DNA of 64,000 bases from an uncultured Planctomycetota bacterium (GTDB lineage Bacteria > Planctomycetota > Planctomycetia > Isosphaerales > Isosphaeraceae): contig CAWJTV010000005.1 in assembly GCA_963845755.1 (NCBI GenBank), positions 672,001 through 736,000 on the forward strand, written 5' to 3'. Both the position numbers and the translations under genes were made by a program. Positions 11,801-22,637 of the stretch are shown here, piece by piece; positions within the stretch are counted from its first letter, which is position 1; each line of letters begins with the position of its first letter. Under the pieces are notes generated by a model. It was not told the DNA's origin. It was given only the letters and a program-made list of their open reading frames with translations, and made no database searches.

Positions 11801-13181
11801 GTTCTTGGGAGGCTGAAAGGTGCCGTCGCCGTTGCCGAGGAACACGCTGACCGTGTCGTCGATGCGGTTGGCCGTGACAATGTCGGGGATGCCGTCGCCG
11901 TTCAGGTCTCCTACAGCAACCGCGGCCGTGCCGGCTCCGGAGGCGAGTGGAGCGTCGGGCACGCTCGTCTGAGTGAACGCCGTGGTCAGCCGGAAGGCTC
12001 CGGCGCCCTGAACCTGGGCGACCGACAGCACGTACGTCCCCGGTTGCAGGAACTGGACGATCGGATTGTCATCGGACTGCACCAACACCTGGCCGGACGC
12101 GCCGGAAAGCGTCAGTCGGGGCAGGAGCGTGCCCCGAGTGGTGGCGATCTCCACCTTCAGCTCGCCATCGCCCATCGAGCTGCTGACCGTGAACGACCAG
12201 GCGTCCACCTGGCCGACACCCAGCGTGCTCAGAGTTTCGGTGTCAAGCCCGGGATCGACCTGCGACAGATCGGTCGCTCCGACCGAAACGTGGGTGACGA
12301 CCGTGAGCGGTTCCCAGTCCGAACCGCGATGGACGCCGGACTTGTCGTACAGGCCGGCCTCGGGCACGGCGGGATCCGCGACGATGCGCAGGCCGATGTA
12401 GGCCGGCCCCGACGGCTGTCCCGACGGCACGGTCACGCTGAAGCCGGGCGGGGAAGAGAAGGCCAGGCCAGTCGCTCCTGCGATTAGCTCCGACCTGGTG
12501 AAGGTCGCCAGGACGTGCGAGGAGCTGTCGAAGAGGTTGCTATCGGCCAGGAGTATCTGGACCTGGAAATCGCCGGGGTCGGCTCCGCCATGGTTCTGGA
12601 CGGTGAAGCTGACCGGGATCGAGTCGCCGGCCGCGGCCATGTCCAGGCCGGTCCGGAAGGAGCTGCCGGTCAAATCCGGCATCAGCGGCGTCAACGTCGA
12701 GAGCGAGACATCGAGGGTATACAACCCCGTCGTGCCGCCGGGGACGCCGCTCTCCGCGACCGTCGGATTGTAATTGTTGTTCGGTGCGCTGCTGACGCCG
12801 ATGTAGTAGGTCCCGGCGGTCGCCGCCTGAAAGGTCAGATGGGGGTCCCCCCCCTGCTGATCATCGAGCGCCAACGGCGTGCCGTTCGCGTTGAAGACGC
12901 GCAAGAGGCTCTCCAGGCCGGAGCCGGAAGATTGAGCATTAATGTTGGCCTTGAGCGTCTCGCCGGTTTGCAGCGCGACCGAGTAGAGATCGAACTCGTC
13001 GGGGATCGAGAGGAAATGTGATACCTCCGCATCATTCAAGATGCCGAAGTGGAGCGGAACCGCCGAGGCCAGCGGGGTGAGCGCGCACAGCGCCGCGCCT
13101 CGGCAGTCGCTCCACGAGCATCGACCGGAACGGCCGCCGGAACGGCACGACGAGTTTCCTGGACTGCCCGCGCTTTGCCAT
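5824..13181 (-). CDS. giant FG-GAP/VCBS-repeat (integrin-alpha-like propeller) surface protein with N-terminal PPC- and CARDB-like domains
   Basis: Core ORF 6155..13039 (2294 aa) has about 29 DxNGDGxPD repeats of ~49 aa. Probable true start is ATG 13181 (MAKRGQSRKL...LVERL-EAR-ALCAL, a planctomycete LExR-type signal with indels near 13100). A probable frameshifted C-terminal tail continues in ORF 5824..6135 (DPWNDDLF...ILSGGVLAGIVLTTRMAR). Confidence 0.85.
8880..11930 (-). repeat. 21 regular intragenic FG-GAP repeats (~147 nt period)
   Basis: Recurrent plus-strand motifs gccgtcgccgttg(a/c) and gttgcccaggagcac encode DxNGDG and VLLGNGDGTF. Confidence 0.9.
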
Positions 13182-13185
13182 GAGT

Positions 13186-16100
13186 TTACTTTCCGCGGGA
13201 CAGATCCGCCTCGATCTGCTGGAACGAATGTCGCCTCCGGAGCGAGGCCATGGCCGAATCGTTTCGCACGTAGGTGGACCAGAAGGCTCGCCGCTGATCT
13301 CCGGGGAGTAACCTCAGGGCCTGCGCGATCAGACCCAGCGCGCGCTGCTCGCCGGCTCCCGTGGACTGGGCATGAACGCGCGCGGCATTGTAGAGCAACC
13401 GCGGCGAGGTCGGACCCAGACGCAGGGCTTTCTCGGCGTCCTCGAGGGCCTCGCGGTGACGGCCCAGGCGTGCCAGCGAGAGGCCCCGGCCATTGTAAGC
13501 ATCGCTGTTCTTCGTATCGAGCTCGATCGCCAGCTCGAAGTCACGCAGGGCCAACTTCGGCGCATCAACTGTCAAGTGCATCCAACCCCGATATGCCTGG
13601 ACGATCGAGGTTGGGTGCAGTTCGAGGGCCTTGGTAAAATCCTCGATCGCTCCGGGATACTGGCCCAGCTCGGCGCGGGCCAGGCCGCGGCCGCGATAGA
13701 CCGATTCGAGCGGCTTTCCCGTCTCCAGATATCGATCGAACGCCGCGATGACGTCCTGGAACCGGCCCAGTCGGAAGAGGGCTTCCGCACGAAGGCGCTG
13801 TCCGGCGGAATGGTCCTGCTGGATCGCGAGGGCCTCGTCGATCGAGGACAGCGCCTCGGCAGGTTTCCCGCTGAGCAGTAACAGCCGCCCGCGATCGATG
13901 TGGTCGTCCACCTGGTACGGGCTGTTCGTGTCCTCGCGCTGGATCGCGCGCTCCAGGTCCGATAAGGCCAGGGCCGGTTCGCGACGTTCCTCGTGGAGTC
14001 GCGCTCGCAGTCGATAGAGGTGGGCGAGCCCGGGATCGACCTGGACCGCGCGATTCAACTGGTCGAGGGCCAGGTCCAGCTTGTCGAGCCGGCGGTACGC
14101 CTGCGCCAGGTTGACGTACGCCTGATACGCGTTCGGCTTCAGCGTGATTGCGGCTTTCAGATCCGTGACGGCGTCCGCGAACCGGCCGGTCCGAACGCGC
14201 AAGACGCCGCGATAGACGAAGAGCACGTAGCGGGCGTTGTCATCGAGGGACATCTGCGAGACCTTCGCGAAGTCGGCCTCCGCAGCGGACCACGCCTGGA
14301 GTTCCTCGTGGGCGAAGCCCCGCAGCAGGTATAGCCAGAGGAAATCGGATCGTTGCGCGAGACAGGAGCTGAGAAAGGCCCGCGCCTCGGCCGGCCGGTG
14401 CTGTCTCAGGAGGCAGAGTGCATCGAGGTACTGGGCCCAGAAATGGCCGGGCTTGCGCTCGAGCACACGATCAAACTCCTGGATCGCCTGGTCGAATTGC
14501 TCGCGACGATACAACTCATCCGCGAGCAGGAAATGATCCAGAACGCCATCTAGCGGAGCTCCCCGGGCTGCACGCTCGGCTCCGGCCGCCGCCGCCCGAT
14601 CGCCGAGCCGATTCAGGTAGCGCCGCCTGACGCAGGTGGAACGCCCGGGACGGGGCACCGAGCCGCTGAGCCTGGCGTAGGAGGTCGAGGGCCCGGCGCA
14701 GGAATCGGTCGTTCTCGGCCGGCTGCTGGCTGGTTGAGGACTGGGCTTCGGTCTCGGCGAGGATCAACAGGAGTTGATAGCAATCCGCAGTGACGTCGGC
14801 TTTTTGAGCATCGTCGAGATAGGCATCGAATTGCGGCCGGCCTCCCGAACCCTCGAGGACGTGATAAACCCCCAATGCACCGTGGACAGCGGCGCGCGCA
14901 GCCTCCAGGTTGGCGGCCAGATCCATCCCCGTATAGAGGGTGCCGAGGAACTGGGCCTCGTCCCGGCGCCTGGCGAAATCCAGGGAGCGGGCCTGAGATG
15001 CGCGGCGATCGGTCTCGATGCGCAGCTCCTGCTCCACACGGCCGAGCAGCGTTTGAGCGGACGCCTTCAAGGTGTCGAGGCGTGCCTCTGCCGCCCATGG
15101 TCGTCAGGGACTTCTCCAGGTCGATCCGCGCCGTCGACCAGTCACTCGCGGCCACGGCAACGCGGGCGCTATCGAAGAGCCTCCGCGCCTCCTGTTCCAC
15201 CAGGGTGCGATGATGCTCCATCAGAGTCTCTTGCTCGCGGCTCCGGGCCAGTCGCTCTTCGGACAAGGCCAGGTCCAGCTTGCGTTGCAAGGAGACATTG
15301 TGCCAGACGATGAACAGGGCGATGCTGAAGACAGCCAGCATGCTGACGCCCAGCAGCGCGACGATCGCCGGGCGGCGTTTGCCCCATTTCCAGGCACGCT
15401 CCCATGCCGGGGTCGGCCGGGCGAGGATCGGGTCTCCTTCCGCGAATCGGCGCAGGTCTTCTGCCAGATCCAGGGCGCTGGAAAACCGACGCGCGGCGTC
15501 CTTCTCCAGGCACTTCAAGCAGATCGTCTCCAGGTCCGGCGGGACGCGCGGCTCCAATTGTCGCGGCGGGATGGGCTCCTGCTCGAGGACCTGGCGGATG
15601 GTGTCCATCGGGTTGCCGGCCCGGAACGGCGGCCGGCCGACGAGGAGCTCGTAGAAGATCGCACCGAGCGAATAGATGTCGGCGGCCGGGCCCACCTCCC
15701 GGTTCTTTCCGCCCGCCTGCTCCGGCGCCATGTAACTGGGAGTGCCCAGGATCGTGCCGCTCCGCGTCTGACTCGAGTCGTCGTTGACTTTCTTGGCAAG
15801 TCCGAAATCCGCGATCTTGGGCACGGTGTTCCGCGACCAATGGTCGGCGGGCAGCAGATTCGAATCGGAATCCCGGCTGCGTACGATCGACGATTGGCTG
15901 CCCACTTTGGCCAGGAGGATGTTCGCCGGTTTCAAATCGCGGTGGACGATCCCGGCCTGGTGAGCCACCTGAATGGTCCGCGCCAGCGTCTCGATGAGCT
16001 GTGCGGCGACACGCGGACTTGTCGAACTTTCATTGATGCGTTGATCGAGGCTACCTCCATCCACATACTCCAACGAAAAGAAGGGGCGGCCTTCGTGTTC

Positions 16101-16814
16101 GCCGGATTCGTAGAGTTGCACGATATTGGCGTGGGGCAGCTTGGCGACCGCCTCGGCCTCGGCGCGAAACCGCGCCAGGCCGACCGCTCCCACGTGGGCG
16201 CCGGCGAGGACCATCTTCAGGGCGACCAGTCGCTTCAGGCGGCGGTGCCTTGCCTTGTAGACGACGCCCATGCCGCCCCGCCCGAGTTCCTCCAGGATGT
16301 CGTAACCGGGCACGGTGATGTTTTCCATCGTGCCGAGGCCGGTAGCCGATTCTTCCCTCGAGTCGCGAAGGCTGAACGAGGCCGATAAGTCGGATGAATC
16401 CACCTGGCTCGATTCCGCATCGGACGGAACGTAGCAGGTTTGGTTCGAGTCCTTGCCGTCGCCTTGGATCGGCTTGGGCGGCGAGGCCACGAACTGAACG
16501 GTCCGGTCGCTCTCGACGCTGTCGAGGACCGAGATCGTCATCGTGGAGAGGGTTGTCTCAGCCACGCCACCGGCTTTCCCACTAAAGAGCTCGCACGTCG
16601 CCAACGACGAGATGTCCTGGTGTGCCGGGGACATCCCCGCATCACCCAGAGTGATCCGCACGGAGTCCTCGACGTCAAGCCCCGCGGCAATCGCGCGGCA
16701 ATCCGCACATTGATCGAGATGAGCTCGCAACCTCTCGGTGTCGCGCGACGGGGCCTTCGCGCGCAGAACGCGGCGCAACTGTGCCGGTTGCGGGCAAGGG
16801 GATCGTGGGTTCAT
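13186..16814 (-). CDS. Ser/Thr protein kinase with N-terminal HxxxCxxC zinc finger, one TM helix and C-terminal TPR array (frameshifts near 15085 and 14625)
   Basis: HLDQCADC; GRGGMGVV, VALK, HRDLKPANIL, DFGLA, GTPSYMAPEQ; TM AIVALLGVSMLAVFSIALFIVW. ORFs 14516..15070 and 13186..14658 continue with helical and TPR repeats (AYVNLAQAY, AYNGRGLSLARLG, LLYNAARV). Confidence 0.88.
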
Positions 16815-17246
16815 GAGATCGAGTTCCGAGCGAGGCCCTGTCCCGAAAAGGCCAGAGAGGCGCTTCCATCTTGCTTGATCGTCTCAGGGGCTCTCAATCA
16901 TATCACCGAAGGGATCCGCTCGTAGAGGTATCGGAAATGATACCCGGTGTGATGGTGAATCAACAAGAGTGCGATGTTAAACAGGCGCAACGGAGCGTGC
17001 ATCCTCGTTCGTGAGACGCTGTGAGCGCCGAAAGTGACCATTTGTGGCCGGAGATGAGGGCCGATCACGGAGCAGGCACACCAAGGACTCCCGCGATCGG
17101 AAGTCGCATCGCGGTTTGCGGCCGGCGCGGCTATACTATTTATGGTAAGGTGTCCACTCCCGACCGACCCCGCACCGACGCGCAGGATCCCGGCTCGAAT
17201 GGAGCGACGGCCCCACCGTCCTCGAAGCCCCAGGGTGAACTCATCG

Positions 17247-19549
17247 ATGGACTTGCTCGCTGATCTGACGGTTGCCCAGCGCGAGGCGGTGACGCACATC
17301 GACGGCCCGATCCTGGTCCTTGCCGGGGCCGGTTCCGGCAAGACGCGGGTCATCACCCGCCGAGTGGCCCATCTCCTCGACGCCGGCATCCCGTCGGAAT
17401 CCGTCCTCGCCCTGACATTCACCAACAAGGCGGCCGGCGAGATGCGCGAACGGATCGAGGCCCTTGTGCCACGATCGCGCGTCTGGGTCGGGACGTTCCA
17501 CGGGTTCTGCGCCGACTCCTGCGCAAATATGCCCCTCTGGTCGGCATCGAGCCGGGTTTCTCCATTTATGACCAGAACGACCGCCATCGCGCCATCAAGG
17601 ACGTTATGGAGCAGGTCGCATGGGACATTCCCGGCTGGACCCCCGAGCGCATCGAGTCGGCGATCAGCCGTGCCAAGAACGACCTCATCCATCCCGATGT
17701 GTGGAAACGGCGGGCGGCAGACCGGAAGGATGCCCAGTTGGCCTGCGTTTACCAGGCGTATGAGGCGCGACTTCGCGCGGCGTCCGCCGTCGATTTCGAC
17801 GATTTGCTCGTTCATATCGTGGCGATCCTCAAGGACCATCCGGACGTGCGGGCGGACCTCGACCGTCGCTTCAAGTATGTGCTGGTTGACGAGTATCAGG
17901 ACACCAACCTGGCCCAGTACGCCATCGTCCGCGCGTTTTCCGTGGACAACCCCCATCTCTGCGTCACGGGGGACCCCGACCAATCGATCTATGGCTGGCG
18001 CGGGGCGAACCTCTCGAACATCCTCGAGTTCGAGCGCGATTATCCCGGCTGCCGGGTCGTCACGCTCGACCGCAACTATCGCAGCACGAAGAACATCCTC
18101 AGCGTGGCCGACCACCTGATCCGCAATAACCGCCAGCGCAAGCCGAAGTCGCTCCTAACGGAAAACCCGCAGGGTTCGCCGGTCGAGTTGACCATCTATC
18201 CTCGGGAGAGCGACGAGGCCGAGGGCGTCGCCGGCAGGATCGCCGGACTGGTCCGCGAAGGCGAGTACAACCACTCCGACATCGCCGTGTTCTGCCGCAT
18301 GACCGCCCTGACTCGCCCATTCGAACAGGCCTTCAGGGCGGCCCGCATCCCCTACCAGATCGTGGGGGGCGTCGCATTCTATGAGCGGCTCGAGGTCAAG
18401 GACGTTCTGGCCTTTCTGAATTTGATGGTGAACCCGAAGGATGACCTGGCCTTCGTGCGTGTGGCGAACGTACCGCCCCGGGGCCTGGGAAAAGCCTCGA
18501 TCGACGCGCTGGTTGCCGAGGCGCGCGGTCAGGGCGTACCCCTGCTGGCAATGGCGCGCCGGGCCTGGACCATCCCCGGGCTCAAGGAGAAGGCGGCTCG
18601 CGCCTTCGACGACTTCGCCCGGCTGATCGATGAGCTGGCCGCACTGCGCGACCTGTCGGCCGAGGAAGTCATCCGCCGCCTCCTGACCCAGACGGGCTAC
18701 CGCGAGCACCTGGCGGCCGAGGCCCGCGGCAACGGAGAAGACCGTCTGGCCAACCTCGATGAACTGATCACGGCGGCCCGAGAATTCGACCAGACTCATC
18801 CCGACGCATCCATCCAGGAATTCCTGGCTGAGATCACGCTTGCTTCACCGATCGATCGATGGGATCAGGATACGGGAGCGGTCACCCTGATGACCCTTCA
18901 CGCAGCCAAGGGTCTGGAGTTTCCGGCCGTTTTTATCGTGGCGCTGGAGGAGGGACTCTTGCCGCATGCGCGCGCCAACGACCAGACCAGCGAGCTGGAG
19001 GAGGAACGACGGCTCCTGTTCGTTGGCATCACGCAAGCGCGCCGGGAACTCTTCTTGAGTCGGTGCTGCGTCCGTTCGTTTCGCGGGCAGCAGCAAGCGA
19101 CGTTCCCTTCGCGGTTTCTGGGCGAGATGCCGGAGGAGCCCATGGTCTTCCGAGACCTCTCGGGCCTGGGCCATTCGGACACTCGGTCCAGGGCCGGGAG
19201 CGGGACCGGTCTGTCCCGACGCGCCGAAATTCGACCGTCCCCACCCGGGTCGTTTCGCCTGACGACGGCCGCCGAACTGGCCGGAGCCGAGACGCCGAAT
19301 TCTCGGCCCGATGTCTTCAGTCCGCCGGATCTGGAAGCCCTCAAGCCCGGAATCTCAGTGATTCATCCCGAGTACGGGCTCGGCCGGATTGTGTCGATTG
19401 AAGGTGCGGGTCCGAACCGGAAAGGGCGCGTGGCATTTGCCGTCGGGCCGCAGCGTACTTTCGTGCTGGCCAAGGCTCCACTGCGGCCGGTGGTCAGGAC
19501 CTCACCCGATGGGCCGACGGCCCGCCGTATCCTCGATGGGCGATCTTGA
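17247..19549 (+). CDS. pcrA: UvrD/PcrA-family ATP-dependent DNA helicase (frameshift near 17512)
   Basis: [30 protein letters not shown]; then [49 protein letters not shown]-terminal Tudor-like VIHPEYGLG. Confidence 0.93.
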
Positions 19550-19588
19550 TCGCCCACGACATCGCGACCCCTCCGGAGAGCCGCCAAC

Positions 19589-20332
19589 ATGTCGCGCCTG
19601 GGTGTCAACATCGATCATATCGCCACCCTGAGGCAGGCGCGCGGCGGCCGCGAGCCGGATCCGGTCTGGTCCGCGGTGCTGGCTGAGCTTGGTGGGGCTG
19701 ATGGGATCACCGTTCATCTGCGAGAAGACCGCCGACATATTCAGGACCGGGACCTTCGTCTCCTGCGTCAGACCGTGCAGGTCGGTCTCAACCTGGAGTT
19801 GGCCGTCGCCCCGGAGATGCTCGCGATCGCACTGCAAGTGCAGCCCGACCAGGTAACATTTGTCCCTGAGCGTCGTGAAGAAGTGACTACGGAGGGTGGG
19901 CTCGATCTGGCCAGTCAGACCGCCCGAGTTGCCGATGTGGTGAAGCAATGCCGGGATTCCGGTATCGCCACGGCGCTTTTCTTGGATCCCGACCCCCGCC
20001 AAATCGAGGCGGCCCTGTCACTGGGCGTGACCGCCGTGGAACTGCACACGGGGCGCTATGCCAATGCCCTCGAAGGGCCTGCAAGGGCTCGCGAACTGGC
20101 CGTACTGCGGTCCGCTGCGGCCACTCTGGTCGCCGGGGGACTGAGGGTTCACGCCGGCCATGGCCTCAATTACCATAACGTGGGGCCCGTCGCCCGGCTT
20201 CCGCGGATGGAGGAGCTGAATATCGGGCATAGTATCATCTGTCGCGCCGTCTTCGTGGGCCTGAGCCAGGCGGTCCGGGAGATGAAAGAATGCATGAAAT
20301 CGGCCGTCGGAGATCCGCGATTACAGGAGTGA
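19589..20332 (+). CDS. pdxJ: pyridoxine 5'-phosphate synthase
   Basis: [51 protein letters not shown]. Confidence 0.97.
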   Translation: MSRLGVNIDHIATLRQARGGREPDPVWSAVLAELGGADGITVHLREDRRHIQDRDLRLLRQTVQVGLNLELAVAPEMLAIALQVQPDQVTFVPERREEVTTEGGLDLASQTARVADVVKQCRDSGIATALFLDPDPRQIEAALSLGVTAVELHTGRYANALEGPARARELAVLRSAAATLVAGGLRVHAGHGLNYHNVGPVARLPRMEELNIGHSIICRAVFVGLSQAVREMKECMKSAVGDPRLQE

Positions 20333-20362
20333 TATCTCATGGCAAATGACTCCTAATTTGGC

Positions 20363-20392
20363 TTGACTTCCTTATCCCATGTTCGTTAACGT
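20363..20392 (+). promoter_or_regulatory. possible sigma70-type promoter upstream of dapA
   Basis: TTGACT-N18-TAACGT in the AT-richer pdxJ-dapA intergenic region. Confidence 0.3.
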
Positions 20393-20678
20393 GATTGCTC
20401 ACATTGGGGGGGTCAACGATTTCCTGGGATCGAAGCGCCTGGTCGCACGAATTTTTTAGAAATTCACGCGGATCAGTCCTAATTCGCCTTCCCTTCCGGA
20501 GAGAATGACCCTAAGATTTCTCTACATTCAAACCATGGTGCTATGAGCCTTATGTCTTGGCGATCTCTAGTCGTGCGTGCTCACAGCCGTACCGATCGTC
20601 AATCGACCATAACATCGCACGAGCGAGCGTTTGTACGAGCACGACCCTCGTCGCACGGCTAACCTCCCGGGATTGCGC

Positions 20679-21578
20679 ATGCCAACCAAAGGTCGGAACT
20701 TTGCCGGATGTACCGTGGCGCTGGTGACCCCGTTTCGGGATGGTTCGGTCAACGAAGCGGGTCTGAGGCGGCAGGTGGAATGGCAAATCCAGCAGGGGAC
20801 GCCGATTCTGAGCCCGGTCGGGACGACCGGCGAATCACCGACGCTGTCGCACGAGGAACATGAGCGAGTGATCGCCGTGGTCATCGAGGCCGCGGCGGGT
20901 CGCGCGCGGGTCGTACCGGGCACGGGATCGAATGCGACATCCGAGGCAATCCGGCTGACGCGGTTTGCGGCCCGATCCGGGGCGGATGGTGCACTGATGG
21001 TGGCCCCGTATTACAATCGACCGAACCAGGAAGGGATGTACCGCCACTTCGCCGCGATCGCCGAATGCGTCGATCTGCCGATGATCCTCTACAACATCCC
21101 GGCGCGCACGGGCCGGAATGTCGAGCCGGAGACCGTAGAGCGGCTCGCAGAGCTGGGACCGATCGTGGCGGTCAAGGAAGCCTCGGGTTCGCTCGATCAG
21201 GTCAGCGAGCTCCTGGAACGTACCAACCTGACGATCCTCTCGGGAGATGACTCACTGACGCTCCCCATGCTGTCGGTGGGGGCCGAGGGAGTCGTCTCCG
21301 TCGTGGGGAACCTGGTGCCTCGCGACGTAAAGTCGCTGATCGAATCCTTCCAGGAAGGCCGGAACGCCGAGGCCCGCCGGTGGCATGCCCGGCTGGTCAC
21401 GCTCTGCCGGGATCTGATGGGCCTGGCCCCCAACCCGATCCCGGTCAAGGCGGCCCTGGCACTCCTGGGGCGCGGAACCGGCGAGGTCAGGCTGCCGCTG
21501 TGCCCGCTCGAGGAACGCTCGCTGGCGATCCTCCGCAATGCCTTGATCCGCTACGGGCTCTTGACGGGCCCGGCATAA
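20679..21578 (+). CDS. dapA: 4-hydroxy-tetrahydrodipicolinate synthase
   Basis: ALVTPF, GTTGESPTLS, PYYNRP, LYNIPARTG, catalytic VKEASG, LSGDD, NPIPVKAAL. Confidence 0.96.
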   Translation: MPTKGRNFAGCTVALVTPFRDGSVNEAGLRRQVEWQIQQGTPILSPVGTTGESPTLSHEEHERVIAVVIEAAAGRARVVPGTGSNATSEAIRLTRFAARSGADGALMVAPYYNRPNQEGMYRHFAAIAECVDLPMILYNIPARTGRNVEPETVERLAELGPIVAVKEASGSLDQVSELLERTNLTILSGDDSLTLPMLSVGAEGVVSVVGNLVPRDVKSLIESFQEGRNAEARRWHARLVTLCRDLMGLAPNPIPVKAALALLGRGTGEVRLPLCPLEERSLAILRNALIRYGLLTGPA

Positions 21579-21836
21579 TATTGATGACTCATACTGTCCA
21601 CACATTACTTTGAGACATCTGTATCATCGTTTTCGCTTGCCGCGGTCGTTTTTTTGACCCCGGATCGGGATGTGTCGAAATCCCGGACTCCTCGCCGCGG
21701 CGCGGCCCGAGCGAACCCGTACCTGCAACGGTTCGCACGATGATCGAGATGGACGTGCGACCGATGCGAGGCGGACTTGGTTCACTCCAAATTTGTGTAC
21801 ACGAAAGATCGAGCCTGCCTCCGTCGCGCACGTAAT

Positions 21837-21958
21837 GTGCTCGCCCGTTTCCCGCATGCCGATGGCAAGTCTGGGTTCCCCGGGGGGACCTTCGTCGGGA
21901 TGACCGTAGGCCGGTCAGTCCCGTGCCATCCGGCTGCGGGCCGTCTCCCTGTGAGCAC
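21837..21958 (+). ncRNA. candidate structured RNA (multi-stem three-way junction) in the leader of the ArsR gene
   Basis: Hand-folded stems: GTGCTCGC/GTGAGCAC; CCCGCA/TGCGGG plus GCC/GGC plus GATGGCA/TGCCATC; internal hairpins GGTTCCC/GGGGACC and CGGGA-TGACCG/CGGTCA-TCCCG. No family recognised. Confidence 0.3.
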
Positions 21959-22024
21959 GGCGTGGATCGGTTCCTGAACCGGCATCGCTGAACGCTTTTT
22001 CCAGAAAGGCAAGGAATACTCCCC

Positions 22025-22438
22025 ATGGCACGCAAAGACACCAAGCGCGGCGCGGAAACCAATGGTCAGGTCGCGACGATGGGTCCGGAAGTCTCCGATC
22101 AATCCGTCCGCGAACTGGCTCAGGTCTTCAAGTTGCTGAGCGATGAGACTCGGCTGCGCATCCTCTTTTATTTGGCGTTATCGCCACATGGCGAGCTGCA
22201 CGTCACCGATCTCTGCCATCGGCTTGGACAGAGCCAGCCCGCAGTGAGCCATCACCTGGCGTTGCTCCGCGTTTCGGGTCTGATCGAGTCGCGGCGCGAG
22301 GGCAAGCACAACTTCTACTGCGTCCGTACCGACCATTTCGGCGAGCTGCTGATGAGCCTGTTTTCGGCGGCGGGCGAGGTCCCCCGGAACAAGAAGTATC
22401 GCTTCCACGATTTTACTCTGAGCTACACCGGCGACTGA
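22025..22438 (+). CDS. ArsR/SmtB-family transcriptional regulator
   Basis: FKLLSDETRLRIL, ELHVTDL, SQPAVSHHLALLR, RREGKHNFY winged HTH. Confidence 0.92.
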   Translation: MARKDTKRGAETNGQVATMGPEVSDQSVRELAQVFKLLSDETRLRILFYLALSPHGELHVTDLCHRLGQSQPAVSHHLALLRVSGLIESRREGKHNFYCVRTDHFGELLMSLFSAAGEVPRNKKYRFHDFTLSYTGD

Positions 22439-22637
22439 TCCACGCTCCCGGACTCGGTGACCCTTCGACCGGTTCCCGGGACCGCAATCGCGCCGCGGGC
22501 CCCTCTCGACGGGCGAAACGAGATGCGTCGAGGGAGTCCGTTGCCTCCGATCGCCGAAGGGTTCTCATGAGTTGAATGCAATCGTCTGTTGTCAAACCGC
22601 AGAAGACCCCCGATGACATCCTGGGTTGATCGACAGT

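Noticed and set aside
6155..13039. Periodic DNA repeats considered as a CRISPR array or DGR template
   Set aside because: The repeats are degenerate, in-frame protein repeats with no unique spacers, and no cas or reverse transcriptase gene is present.
16895..16960. Hairpins (GGTATC/GATACC) and TCTAC upstream of the kinase, considered as a purine-type riboswitch
   Set aside because: The loop-loop consensus and P3 stem are absent.
21530..21600. TGATGACTCATAC resembling the 3' end of a fluoride riboswitch
   Set aside because: The required 5' GATGGAGT-type pseudoknot partner and P1 stem are missing, and the upstream sequence is dapA coding region.
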